Positions 16,577 to 25,693 of a DNA stretch of 32,000 nt are shown in pieces. Below the pieces are notes generated by a model. It was not told the DNA's origin. It saw only the letters and a program-made list of their open reading frames with translations, and ran no database searches. Made by a program: the position numbers and the translations under genes. Source of the stretch: Candidatus Thorarchaeota archaeon (GTDB lineage: Archaea; Asgardarchaeota; Thorarchaeia; Thorarchaeales; Thorarchaeaceae); NCBI GenBank assembly GCA_008080745.1, contig SHMX01000003.1, positions 1-32,000 of the forward strand, given 5' to 3'. Numbering within the stretch: the first letter of the stretch is position 1; the number at the start of each line of letters is the position of its first letter.

Positions 16577-18157
16577 ATGGGAGATTATACCGAACTAATG
16601 GGTGCTGCTGGGGCAGGTCATCTGGGGAATGTTGAACGATTGCTGAAAATGGGTCACGATCCAAATGCTAGAAGATTGTCAGGGAGAACACCGTTGATGT
16701 ATGCTGTGTTTAGTGGTTCAGTTCCAGTTGTGAAACGTCTGATTGAAGCTGGAGCGGACATTGATACTCAAGACAACGACGGATGGACTGCATTAATGGT
16801 TGCAATTGACCAGGGATATGAAGAAGTGGCGAAGATTCTCATTGAATTAGGTGCTGATGTAGACCGATCAACAAAAAGAAATCAGTCTCCACTCATGTTA
16901 GCTGCTGGAAGAAAACAACTTGATTTAGCTCGGTATATTCTCCAAAGTGGAGCAAATCCTCATCATGTAAGAGTAGATGGTTTCACGGTTTTGATGTCAG
17001 CCTGTCAAGGCAATCTCCTGCAACTAGTCCAAGATCTTATTGGAAAATACCAATGTGAGATAAATGCCACCGCAAATGATGGATGGAATGTCTTATCTTA
17101 TGCTCTTCAGTATGCAAGTGATGATTTGGTCATATATCTGATACAGAACGGAGCTAAGCCAAACTGGAATCACCCTAGCCAAGAAGAATTGATTACTGGA
17201 ATCATAAAGAGTCAGAAAACCAATCTCATCAGACTCATGCTTGAAAATGGAGCGGACATTGATGCGAAATTTGACAGGGGTTGGACACCACTGATGATTG
17301 CCGCTAGATTTGGAGATGAAGATATGGTCAAACTATTTCTTGACCATGATGTGGATATAAACGCAAGAACAGAGGAGGGATACACAGCACTCATGATTGC
17401 AGCGGAATTTGAAAGACCCCAATCAATAGATTTACTTCTTGAATATGGAGCAGATTTCAGAATAATAAGTGATACAGGATATACATGTCTAATGGCGGCT
17501 TCAATGGGTGGAATGAAAGAGTTTGTGCAATTTCTGATTGATAAAGGAGAAGATGTGAACCAAAGAAATCATGTGGATTGGACAGCACTCTTTTGTGCAG
17601 CAAAGATGGGAAATCGGGATGTCTTAGATCCTCTAATAGAAGCTGGTGCGAAAATTGACTTGAAGGATACAGATGGACAAACTCCTCTCTTCATAGCAAT
17701 AATGTACGATAAAGTGGAGTTTGCACTACGATTGATTGAAATCGGTGCGGATGTTAATATTATAGATAATGATGGTTGGTCACCACTAATTGCTGCCGCA
17801 TCACATGGTCAGCATGAGGTGTGCAACAATCTGATAGAGAAGGGAGCAGATACAAAACATCGAAGACCTAATGGGTATGGATTGTTTCTGGCAGCATCAA
17901 CAGGAGGTTTGACTAGTCTTGTCAAACGAGCACTCGAAGAGGGCAGTGAAATCAATGAAACAGATGAAGAACAGATTTCTGCGCTCATATATGCTGCAGA
18001 GAACGGTAACCTTGACACTGTGAAATTTCTGATTGAGAATGGTGCAGATCCAAATCTTACAGATGGAAATGGTCATACGGCATTAGAATGTGCCCGAGCT
18101 ACAAGAGAAAATGCAGTAGCTGAGTTCTTAGAAGGATTAGAGAGCAGACCAGATTAG
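16577..18157 (+). CDS. Ankyrin-repeat protein (15 full 33-aa repeats plus a partial C-cap)
   Basis: Recurrent G-x-T-[PA]-L-M-x-A...G...L[IL]xxGAD[IV][ND] units counted by hand; GGAGG RBS. Confidence 0.95.
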   Translation: MGDYTELMGAAGAGHLGNVERLLKMGHDPNARRLSGRTPLMYAVFSGSVPVVKRLIEAGADIDTQDNDGWTALMVAIDQGYEEVAKILIELGADVDRSTKRNQSPLMLAAGRKQLDLARYILQSGANPHHVRVDGFTVLMSACQGNLLQLVQDLIGKYQCEINATANDGWNVLSYALQYASDDLVIYLIQNGAKPNWNHPSQEELITGIIKSQKTNLIRLMLENGADIDAKFDRGWTPLMIAARFGDEDMVKLFLDHDVDINARTEEGYTALMIAAEFERPQSIDLLLEYGADFRIISDTGYTCLMAASMGGMKEFVQFLIDKGEDVNQRNHVDWTALFCAAKMGNRDVLDPLIEAGAKIDLKDTDGQTPLFIAIMYDKVEFALRLIEIGADVNIIDNDGWSPLIAAASHGQHEVCNNLIEKGADTKHRRPNGYGLFLAASTGGLTSLVKRALEEGSEINETDEEQISALIYAAENGNLDTVKFLIENGADPNLTDGNGHTALECARATRENAVAEFLEGLESRPD

Positions 18158-18254
18158 GTACAAGACAACAAATCCAAGAAAGCGATGAATCGATAACTTT
18201 CATAGAATTGCAGAGTTTATTAGTTTGCGGAACTAAAGTGAGTTGGTCAATATT

Positions 18255-18482
18255 ATGTTCAGTAGATTATCTACCTCAGCAATCTTATTTTTCATTGTTC
18301 TTTTTTTGGCCCTTCCCCCTTTGGCATCATCTATAGATGATTCTACCAAACGACTAACTCGTAGTTATACTCCTAGTTCAGGGTATTTTGAATATTTATC
18401 AATTGTAATTACGAGCGGGTCGCTTGGAGTAATTATCATATTTGGCACCCTAATAGGGATGAATTACAAGGAAGGTAGATGA
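18255..18482 (+). CDS. Small protein: signal-peptide-like N-terminus, short polar linker and C-terminal TM with basic tail
   Basis: MFSRLSTSAILFFIVLFLALPPLASS...LSIVITSGSLGVIIIFGTLIGMNYKEGR. TTTATTAG at 18216-18223. Fills the gap between the ankyrin gene and the nuoN end. Confidence 0.5.
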   Translation: MFSRLSTSAILFFIVLFLALPPLASSIDDSTKRLTRSYTPSSGYFEYLSIVITSGSLGVIIIFGTLIGMNYKEGR

Positions 18483-18500
18483 TTACCTTTCAAATCGAAA

Positions 18501-20027
18501 TCAGCCGAGCAAAAACGTAGCCGCTTCTACAGCATAATCCAACAAGATCCCAGGCATAATAAACAGAATAAGAACAGCTATGCTAGAAATTATGACCGCA
18601 ATCATTGGGATTCGGGGCAGATTCAGTTCATTAGCAGAATCGTCAGTACTCTTAGTGGAATGATCTCCATCCATGTACATCACTTTCAAGACACGAAGGT
18701 AATAACCCAGAGAGAAGACAGAATTTAGGAGAGCAATCAGAGCTAACCACCACATTCCTACTTCAACTGCACTCTGAAATAATATCAACTTTGACCAAAA
18801 TCCAGCAGTCAGGGGCATCCCAGCTAATGATAGAATAAGGACCGAAAAAGAAGCTGCTGCCATAGGAGCTTTTTTGCTAAGACCAATCAGATGATCATAT
18901 GTGATTTGCTTTCCAAGAACCACTGCCATGGACCAAATGAGAATGAAGCTACCAGTCTTCATTATTGCATGAATGAAAGCGTGAAAGAGAGCCGCTGCGG
19001 TTCCCAACTCGGTCCCTACCGCCATTCCAATTAATAGATACCCCATCATCGCGATACTGGAGTATGCTAACATTCTCATGATGTTTTTCTCAGCAAGTGC
19101 GAACAAGTTACCAATTATCATGGTCAATATTGAAACGATGACTAAGAGCGGCATCCATTCGATTCGAGCTGCAAACATTCCAACCATCAGAATCTGAATG
19201 AGTGCTGCAATACCTGCCTTCTTTGTAGCACCAGCAAGGTAAGAAGTGACACTGCCATCTGCTGTACTATAAGTATCAGGCACCCACATCCAACCAGGAA
19301 ACACGCCAATCTTAAACCCGAATGCAATGATGAACGTAATCAGAGCTAAAATGATAGTGTATGCCGCAGCAGGTGATGTTGCAGATTCCAACCAGATGGT
19401 GCTAATAGATGCTCCGACGGCAGATAACGACGTAACACCAGTGACACCAATAATGATTGCAATTCCAAATATCAGGAAGGTAGTTGAGAGTAGACCCATT
19501 ACGAAATATTTTGTTGCCCCATCTACAGCTCCTCGATGAGGACCAAGGGCTGCCAGTATATACGTTGGAGTTGACATCAATTCCCATGCTATGAAAAGAG
19601 CAACAAGATCCGTAGCCATTACAACCCATATAGCTCCTGCAAAGGACATTAACAAGAGAAAGTTGTAAGGCCCCTTATCACCTCCAAAAAGGGTAGAAGA
19701 CATTAGGACAAAAACAGCTACGACAAGAATCATGATGATAAAGAAATCTGACATGGGATTCCGGACAAAGAGACCACCAAAGGAACTTCCATAAAGTGTA
19801 GAATCAAAAACTAACATCCAAACTCCAGAAGTGATAACCCCAATAAAACTTAGCAAGAGAGGATTCCTTTTCATCCCCACTAATAGAATCAAGAGGGAAA
19901 AGCCGACCAGATTGAGAGCTGGCAGAGATCCGATCCATTCTACAGGAATGACTTGAAGTGCAATATCCCGAAGAGGAGCCAAGGCAAGTCTAAGTGAGTC
20001 TAAAATAGTTGATATTTGTATCATCAA
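18501..20027 (-). CDS. nuoN: Complex I-like antiporter subunit N
   Basis: FIAWELMSTPTY, KYFVMG, GFKIGVFPG..WVPDTY, RMLAYSSIA, GFWSKL and YYLRVLKVMY. Confidence 0.9.
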   Translation of the reverse strand: MMIQISTILDSLRLALAPLRDIALQVIPVEWIGSLPALNLVGFSLLILLVGMKRNPLLLSFIGVITSGVWMLVFDSTLYGSSFGGLFVRNPMSDFFIIMILVVAVFVLMSSTLFGGDKGPYNFLLLMSFAGAIWVVMATDLVALFIAWELMSTPTYILAALGPHRGAVDGATKYFVMGLLSTTFLIFGIAIIIGVTGVTSLSAVGASISTIWLESATSPAAAYTIILALITFIIAFGFKIGVFPGWMWVPDTYSTADGSVTSYLAGATKKAGIAALIQILMVGMFAARIEWMPLLVIVSILTMIIGNLFALAEKNIMRMLAYSSIAMMGYLLIGMAVGTELGTAAALFHAFIHAIMKTGSFILIWSMAVVLGKQITYDHLIGLSKKAPMAAASFSVLILSLAGMPLTAGFWSKLILFQSAVEVGMWWLALIALLNSVFSLGYYLRVLKVMYMDGDHSTKSTDDSANELNLPRIPMIAVIISSIAVLILFIMPGILLDYAVEAATFLLG

Positions 20028-21541
20028 GGTACACCTCCAACAATGAAGTCTGTTGACGTTCGTATAAGATCTAAAATAAGATCAGGCCAGACTCCAAGAA
20101 GAATCACGGGAATCAACATGATAATAGGAGCTATAAGGTCTGACCACGGAGCATCAACAACATCCTTCTCAGGGTCCGGATCACTGAAAACGATTCGATT
20201 TAGTGTCCAGAGTAAATATCCAACCGTGAGAAAAATACCAAAGGCGATCACTGGAGCCCATATGTAGACCACTACAGCTCCAAATAATATCAATGCCTCT
20301 GCTACAAAACCGCTCAGGCCTGGAAGACCAAAGGCAGCAAAAGATGCTAGTATCAAGACCGTTGACATCTTAGGAGCCCTTTCCATTAACCCATGAATCT
20401 CTGGAATCTCCCGGGTTCCTGATGCATGCTTGAGTTGTCCAGCCATGATAAACATCACAGAGATTATCACGCCATGAGATACCATCATGAATACAGCCCC
20501 TTGAATAGCCAAGCTGGTGCCTACCGCAACTCCAAGAAGGACCCATGCCATGTGATTGATGGAAGTATAGGCAACCATTGATTTCATGTCGGTCTGAGCC
20601 AATGCTGTAAAGGCTGCATAGATACAAGTGAATATCGCAAGAATAGCAAAGGGAATACTTAGTCTTACAAAAGCGTCAGGAATAAGCCAAAGACCCAATC
20701 GAATGAAACCATATCCACCCATTTTCAAAAGAATGCCTGCAAGAATAACTGAACCAGGCGTGGGGGCTTTCACATGAGCCCATGGAAGCCAGTTGTGCAA
20801 TGGAAACACTGGGAGTTTCACGCCAGCACCCATAAAAATAGCGAGCGCGAATCCGATCTGAATATCTGCTGGTAGCCCCATCTCTCTAAGTAATAGCATG
20901 TTGAATGTATTGGGAGTTGATACAAAGAAGAGAACGAAGAATCCAACTAGCATCACTGCGGAACCAAGATGAGTATAGATGAAGAATTTGACCGCTGCGT
21001 GTTCACTGCCTTCTTCACCCCAACGACCGATGATGAAAAACATTGGTATCAGAACTAGCTCCCAGAATATGAAGAATCCAATCAAATCCAGTGACATGAA
21101 TACCCCTAAAAGTCCGGATTGGAGTAGGAGTAAGAGTGCATAATACAGTCCTTTTGATTTGTTAATGTGATTCGAACTGATTGTTGCGATAAACACAACT
21201 AGATTAGCGAGGATAACCATTGCTACAGAAATTCCATCAACACCAAGATAAATCTGAAATGTGATATCTGAGCTACCAGTAGATATAGTTGCGAAAGTAT
21301 ACTCCCATAGAAATTGCATTCCAGCAAAAGAGTCGCCTTCAGTGTAGGTGGTGTTGATTGTTAAGGCGAGGATAAAAGCTAAAACGAGTTCTATGAAGGT
21401 AATGATAAGAGTGATGAAACGTGACCCTCTCGACCCGGCGATATAAGCGATGATTGTACCCAACAAGGGTAGAAATACCATTAATGGGAGTATATCATAT
21501 GGTAAAAGGGCTAAGATGTCTTGAGCTAGATCCAGTTGCAT
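20024..21541 (-). CDS. nuoM: Complex I-like antiporter subunit M
   Basis: GVDGIS, FFIFWELVL, VKLPVFPLHNWLPWAHVKAPTPGSVILAGILLKMGGYG, SHG and GFVAE. Confidence 0.92.
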   Translation of the reverse strand: MQLDLAQDILALLPYDILPLMVFLPLLGTIIAYIAGSRGSRFITLIITFIELVLAFILALTINTTYTEGDSFAGMQFLWEYTFATISTGSSDITFQIYLGVDGISVAMVILANLVVFIATISSNHINKSKGLYYALLLLLQSGLLGVFMSLDLIGFFIFWELVLIPMFFIIGRWGEEGSEHAAVKFFIYTHLGSAVMLVGFFVLFFVSTPNTFNMLLLREMGLPADIQIGFALAIFMGAGVKLPVFPLHNWLPWAHVKAPTPGSVILAGILLKMGGYGFIRLGLWLIPDAFVRLSIPFAILAIFTCIYAAFTALAQTDMKSMVAYTSINHMAWVLLGVAVGTSLAIQGAVFMMVSHGVIISVMFIMAGQLKHASGTREIPEIHGLMERAPKMSTVLILASFAAFGLPGLSGFVAEALILFGAVVVYIWAPVIAFGIFLTVGYLLWTLNRIVFSDPDPEKDVVDAPWSDLIAPIIMLIPVILLGVWPDLILDLIRTSTDFIVGGVP

Positions 21542-23737
21542 TTAGATTACCCCCAGCCAAATTAGTGCAATAATCGCCATCAACCCCACACCAAAAATAA
21601 TCACCGAAACATAATCATTGATCCTACCCGTTTGGGCATGGAGACTGACTTCGGAGGCATCAATACTTCTAGAGGAAACACCCTCGGCAAATCCATCAAC
21701 TACATTATCATCAAACCAGCGAATTCGCCTAGATAATCCTATAGCCAGATCTGCTGAACGAAAGTCAATTCCATCTATAATACGATTGTCAATCTTTTCC
21801 CTCCACCAACTGGCAAAATTGAGGAATTTGTTCAGAATCCAATAATATCCCTCATTGATATACCAACGATGTTTCAAGAAATCGTAGATCTTTCTTTTGA
21901 TGCCCTTTTCTGGAATGATAGTGTTGCCCTTTTCAGCCCCTTTAATGTAGATGAGATATGCGGGAAATCCACCAATAGCTAACGCACCTAATGTAATTGT
22001 AAATGGAATCAGACCAGGTAAGGTCAGCTTCACCAATAACATTTCGACCATCGTATCTGACCAGAGAGATAGTGTAAGTGCACCTTCCTCCAATAGTATC
22101 CCCTGAACAAATGGATATATTGCAAATGCAATGATAGTAAATGCAGCAAGTATGTAAAGAGGAATCATCATAGCTGGACCAGGATCATGAGGTGCTTTAT
22201 GGCTCTCTTCATGAGTTTCTTGTGAGTGAGATGCATCAGTATCTTCAAACTTTGATGATCCGTAGAAGGTCATTCCCATTAGCCGTAAACTGTAGAAAAT
22301 GGTACATGCTGCTGCAATAACAGCAAATGAAAAGAGAATCCAACCAATTGGCTCATGCAGTGCTAGCTCATAAGTGTATTCGATAATCGAGTCCTTAGAC
22401 CAAAATCCAGAGAAGGGAGGGATTCCAGCTAACGCTAGAACGCCAATCCACATAACAATGAAGGTCTTCCGCATATGTTTTTTGAGACCTCCCATCTTCG
22501 TCATGTATTTGGTGTGTAAGGCATGAATCACCCCTCCTGATGCCAAGAATAGTAACGCTTTGAATGCCCCGTGACTGATTACGTGAAGAATACTTGATAG
22601 GTAGGCATGTTCGTAATGGGCCAATACACCGCCCACTCCAATTGCCAACATCATGTATCCCAATTGACTAAGGGTTGAGAATGCAAGCACCTGTTTCAAT
22701 TCATTAGAAACCATACCCATTGTAGCTGTCATTAGTGCAGTAATCGCTCCAACGATGGCCACTATTGTGAAAAAGGGTATTGCAGCCTCAAATCCAACGA
22801 TCTGTAAAGGATTGAAGAACGACTCCGCATGACTTGAGCCAGCTGCATCCACCATGGTGACTAAAAATCGAGCACTGATGTAAACACCCGCTTTGACCAT
22901 TGTTGCAGCATGGATAAGTGCTGAAACTGCGGTAGGCCCTGCCATAGCCTCAGGGAGCCATATTTGTAGAGGAGCTTGACCAGATTTTCCGATTGCGCCC
23001 ATAAACAAGAGTAAGAAAGTTGGAACCAACATTCCAGTGGTGGCCATTGCACTCCACCAGTGCTGAGCATCATGGGACATACCAGTGAAGGAGAAAGTTC
23101 CAGTGAATACGAAGAGAAGTAGAATGCCAGCGAGCATGAAGGCATCACCAATACGAGTTACAATGAATGCCTTTGTTCCACAATGGGTATTGTATTCTCC
23201 TTCAGTGTCAAATTGTAAGAGGGGGTTATTATATTCAACATCAGTTGGGTCTGTTTCAGGGGGATTCCGCTTATCATTCCAAAAGCCAATGAGGCCATAA
23301 GAACAGAAGCCCATAATTTCCCAGCCGATAAAAGCAATCAGCAGACTATCACTCAGAACCAATGTGAGCATTCCTCCACCGAAAGCCAACATCAAGAAGA
23401 AGAATCGATCTCGGTCCTCCTCATGGGCCATGTATTCAGTACTATAAACGTAAATCAAAAAACAGAGGGTGCTTGCAAGTACCCCCATAATGATAGATAA
23501 TGGGTCTAATAGTATTGTGAAGTTCAGATTTAAAGAATCAATCCAAATCCAAGAAGTAATAGTAGCGGGGTTGTTAATCTCAAACAATAGAGACCAACAA
23601 AGAATCATTGATAGGCCCATGAATAACGATGGAGTCCAATCCCTTAGTTTCTCGTTGAATCTTCCAATCACTGGTACTAATAGAGAGCCCGCTAAGGGTA
23701 GAACAATGATGAGATAGTATGGTAGTCCAAATAGCAT
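21542..23737 (-). CDS. nuoL: Complex I-like antiporter subunit L
   Basis: DPLS, YSTEYM, FIGWEIMGFCSYGLIGFW, GKSGQAPLQIWLPEAMAGPTAVSALIHAATMVKAG, HGAFKALLFL, GFWSKD, plus the C-terminal lateral helix and final TM. Confidence 0.93.
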   Translation of the reverse strand: MLFGLPYYLIIVLPLAGSLLVPVIGRFNEKLRDWTPSLFMGLSMILCWSLLFEINNPATITSWIWIDSLNLNFTILLDPLSIIMGVLASTLCFLIYVYSTEYMAHEEDRDRFFFLMLAFGGGMLTLVLSDSLLIAFIGWEIMGFCSYGLIGFWNDKRNPPETDPTDVEYNNPLLQFDTEGEYNTHCGTKAFIVTRIGDAFMLAGILLLFVFTGTFSFTGMSHDAQHWWSAMATTGMLVPTFLLLFMGAIGKSGQAPLQIWLPEAMAGPTAVSALIHAATMVKAGVYISARFLVTMVDAAGSSHAESFFNPLQIVGFEAAIPFFTIVAIVGAITALMTATMGMVSNELKQVLAFSTLSQLGYMMLAIGVGGVLAHYEHAYLSSILHVISHGAFKALLFLASGGVIHALHTKYMTKMGGLKKHMRKTFIVMWIGVLALAGIPPFSGFWSKDSIIEYTYELALHEPIGWILFSFAVIAAACTIFYSLRLMGMTFYGSSKFEDTDASHSQETHEESHKAPHDPGPAMMIPLYILAAFTIIAFAIYPFVQGILLEEGALTLSLWSDTMVEMLLVKLTLPGLIPFTITLGALAIGGFPAYLIYIKGAEKGNTIIPEKGIKRKIYDFLKHRWYINEGYYWILNKFLNFASWWREKIDNRIIDGIDFRSADLAIGLSRRIRWFDDNVVDGFAEGVSSRSIDASEVSLHAQTGRINDYVSVIIFGVGLMAIIALIWLGVI

Positions 23738-23748
23738 CTTATTTCACC

Positions 23749-25257
23749 TCATGGAATAAGCCCACTCACTCCCTCTAACCCCGCAAATATGATATCCACT
23801 GCGATACCGGGAAAGATTCCAAAGAACACGATCAACACAGCAAGTACCACCATGGGAATGACCATCGATTGTGGTGCCTCTGAAGTGTCTTCAAGCTCTC
23901 GTGGATGAGGGCCAAGAAAGACCTTCCAAAGAAACCGGAGCATATACCCAGCACTTACAATTGAACTAGTAACTGCCAAGATACTTAGAAGAATAAATTC
24001 AGGTCGTAGAATAATTGCGCCGGATATCTGTGCAGCATCGAAGCCGCCTAGAAACATCATCCACTCACTAGCAAAACCAGAAAGGGGTGGACTTCCAGCT
24101 ATACTTAGGGCACCAATTGCTGCTGTAAATGCAGTAAGAGGCATTTTATTTGAGAGACCCCCCATTTTCGTGATATCACGTAAACCAGTCTGATGAATGA
24201 CTGCTCCGGCGGTCATAAACAGCAACCCCTTTGAGAAAGCATGATTGATAAGGTGAAATAGCCCCCCAGTGACACCTACGGTTGTATAGACACCGAGAGA
24301 GAAGAGTATGTATCCCATCTGAGAAACTGAAGAATATGCTAGGAGTCGTTTGATATCTATCTGTGCCAGTGCCATAAAACCGCCATAGAACATCGTAAGG
24401 ACACCAATAGCTGCAATCCAGAATGCTAGAGCAGCGGCAGCAGGTCCGAGTAAAATAGTACCAAATCTCACTAATGCATAAGCACCAGTTTCAATCATAG
24501 CTCCAGATAGAAGAACCGAGATGGGAGTTGGAGCTTCGGCATGAACAGGGGGTAACCACCAATGTATTGGAAAGACTGCCATCTTTACCAAGAAACCAGC
24601 AGCCATTAGAATAAAGATAATCTTGAGTAAATCAGTAACAGTGGAGCCCATTAATGTATCTTGGATAGTTTGTAATTCAAATGATCCCGTAAGCATGTAA
24701 AGTAGTCCAAATCCAACAAGGATACAGAGAGCACCTGATTGAGTATAAAGCCAAAATTTCAGTGCAGTTCTCTTTCTTGTTTCCGGGAGACCCCAGAATA
24801 AAATGAGGAAGTAACTTGGAACCAGCATTATCTCCCATGCAATAAAGAATTCTATGAGATTCGTTGCAAGAACAACCCATTGCATACCCATAAGGAAGAA
24901 GAGTTGATTTGCAAAGAAAGTTGGTCTGTTCTTGGTGTGTTCAGTATATCCTACAGCATATACTACTGAGAGAAAACCAAGCACAACAATAGCAAAAACT
25001 ATGGGAAATGAGACACCATCAAGAAACAGTCCGAATTCTCCAAATACTTCAGACCATGTAGCTGACTCTTTCACAACACTTCTTTCAACTATAATTCGGT
25101 AGAAGGGGGGGAGCATGAATACTAAGGATAAAAATGAAAATCCTACCGCAACCTTTCCTGCTGAGTGTTCAAGCTTAGACTTTAAGAGGTAGATTAGTAA
25201 AGCACCTATGAATAGAACGGCCAATGAACTTGCCATGAAGGGCATTTCGATTTGCAT
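23749..25257 (-). CDS. Additional (fourth) antiporter-like subunit, NuoM/MrpD/HyfB family
   Basis: LDGVS, FFIAWEIM, VKMAVFPIHWWLPPVHAEAPTPISVLLSG, KRLLAYSSVSQMGY, NHAFSKGLLF and GFASEW. Preferred start is ATG 25257 (TAATG overlap with the nuoI stop, AGGAGG RBS); the ORF track gives 25281. Confidence 0.88.
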   Translation of the reverse strand: MQIEMPFMASSLAVLFIGALLIYLLKSKLEHSAGKVAVGFSFLSLVFMLPPFYRIIVERSVVKESATWSEVFGEFGLFLDGVSFPIVFAIVVLGFLSVVYAVGYTEHTKNRPTFFANQLFFLMGMQWVVLATNLIEFFIAWEIMLVPSYFLILFWGLPETRKRTALKFWLYTQSGALCILVGFGLLYMLTGSFELQTIQDTLMGSTVTDLLKIIFILMAAGFLVKMAVFPIHWWLPPVHAEAPTPISVLLSGAMIETGAYALVRFGTILLGPAAAALAFWIAAIGVLTMFYGGFMALAQIDIKRLLAYSSVSQMGYILFSLGVYTTVGVTGGLFHLINHAFSKGLLFMTAGAVIHQTGLRDITKMGGLSNKMPLTAFTAAIGALSIAGSPPLSGFASEWMMFLGGFDAAQISGAIILRPEFILLSILAVTSSIVSAGYMLRFLWKVFLGPHPRELEDTSEAPQSMVIPMVVLAVLIVFFGIFPGIAVDIIFAGLEGVSGLIP

Positions 25258-25688
25258 TACCTGAACCTCCTTCCTCGCCATTCTAACGGTTCTCTATCTA
25301 ATGTCGTAATTTCATCCGGTCCATAAATCAGGTCTTCTCTGTTTTCAGCACTGATATCGACAACTTTAGTATGATAAAGCGCATTGAATCTACAGGCCTG
25401 AACACATAAACCGCAGAAAATGCATCGTGTATAGTCAAAATAGAGAGCGGCATCCTTGTTGTATTTTTGATCCATAACATCAATCCTGATTGCTACGACC
25501 GGACAGACACGTACACATTGTTTGCACGCTGTGCAATTTTCTCGCACATGTATATGTCTTCCACGGGTACGTTCAGGGTATTCTCGATCTTCAAAAGGAT
25601 AAAAGTATGTGAAAGGTCTCTTGAAAATCTGTCTGAACACATGCCTTAGAATTCTGAAGATATCGCCTAGTGTTGAGAAGAATCCCAT
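25257..25688 (-). CDS. nuoI: Complex I-like subunit I (2x[4Fe-4S])
   Basis: T..YPFE...RGRH, CTACKQCVRVCP and CIFCGLCVQACR. Confidence 0.92.
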   Translation of the reverse strand: MGFFSTLGDIFRILRHVFRQIFKRPFTYFYPFEDREYPERTRGRHIHVRENCTACKQCVRVCPVVAIRIDVMDQKYNKDAALYFDYTRCIFCGLCVQACRFNALYHTKVVDISAENREDLIYGPDEITTLDREPLEWRGRRFR

Positions 25689-25693
25689 TCATA

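Noticed and set aside
22190-22260. His/acid-rich loop in NuoL (DTDASHSQETHEESHKAPHDPG) as a novel metal site
   Set aside because: His-rich loops at this position are common in NuoL/MrpA homologs.
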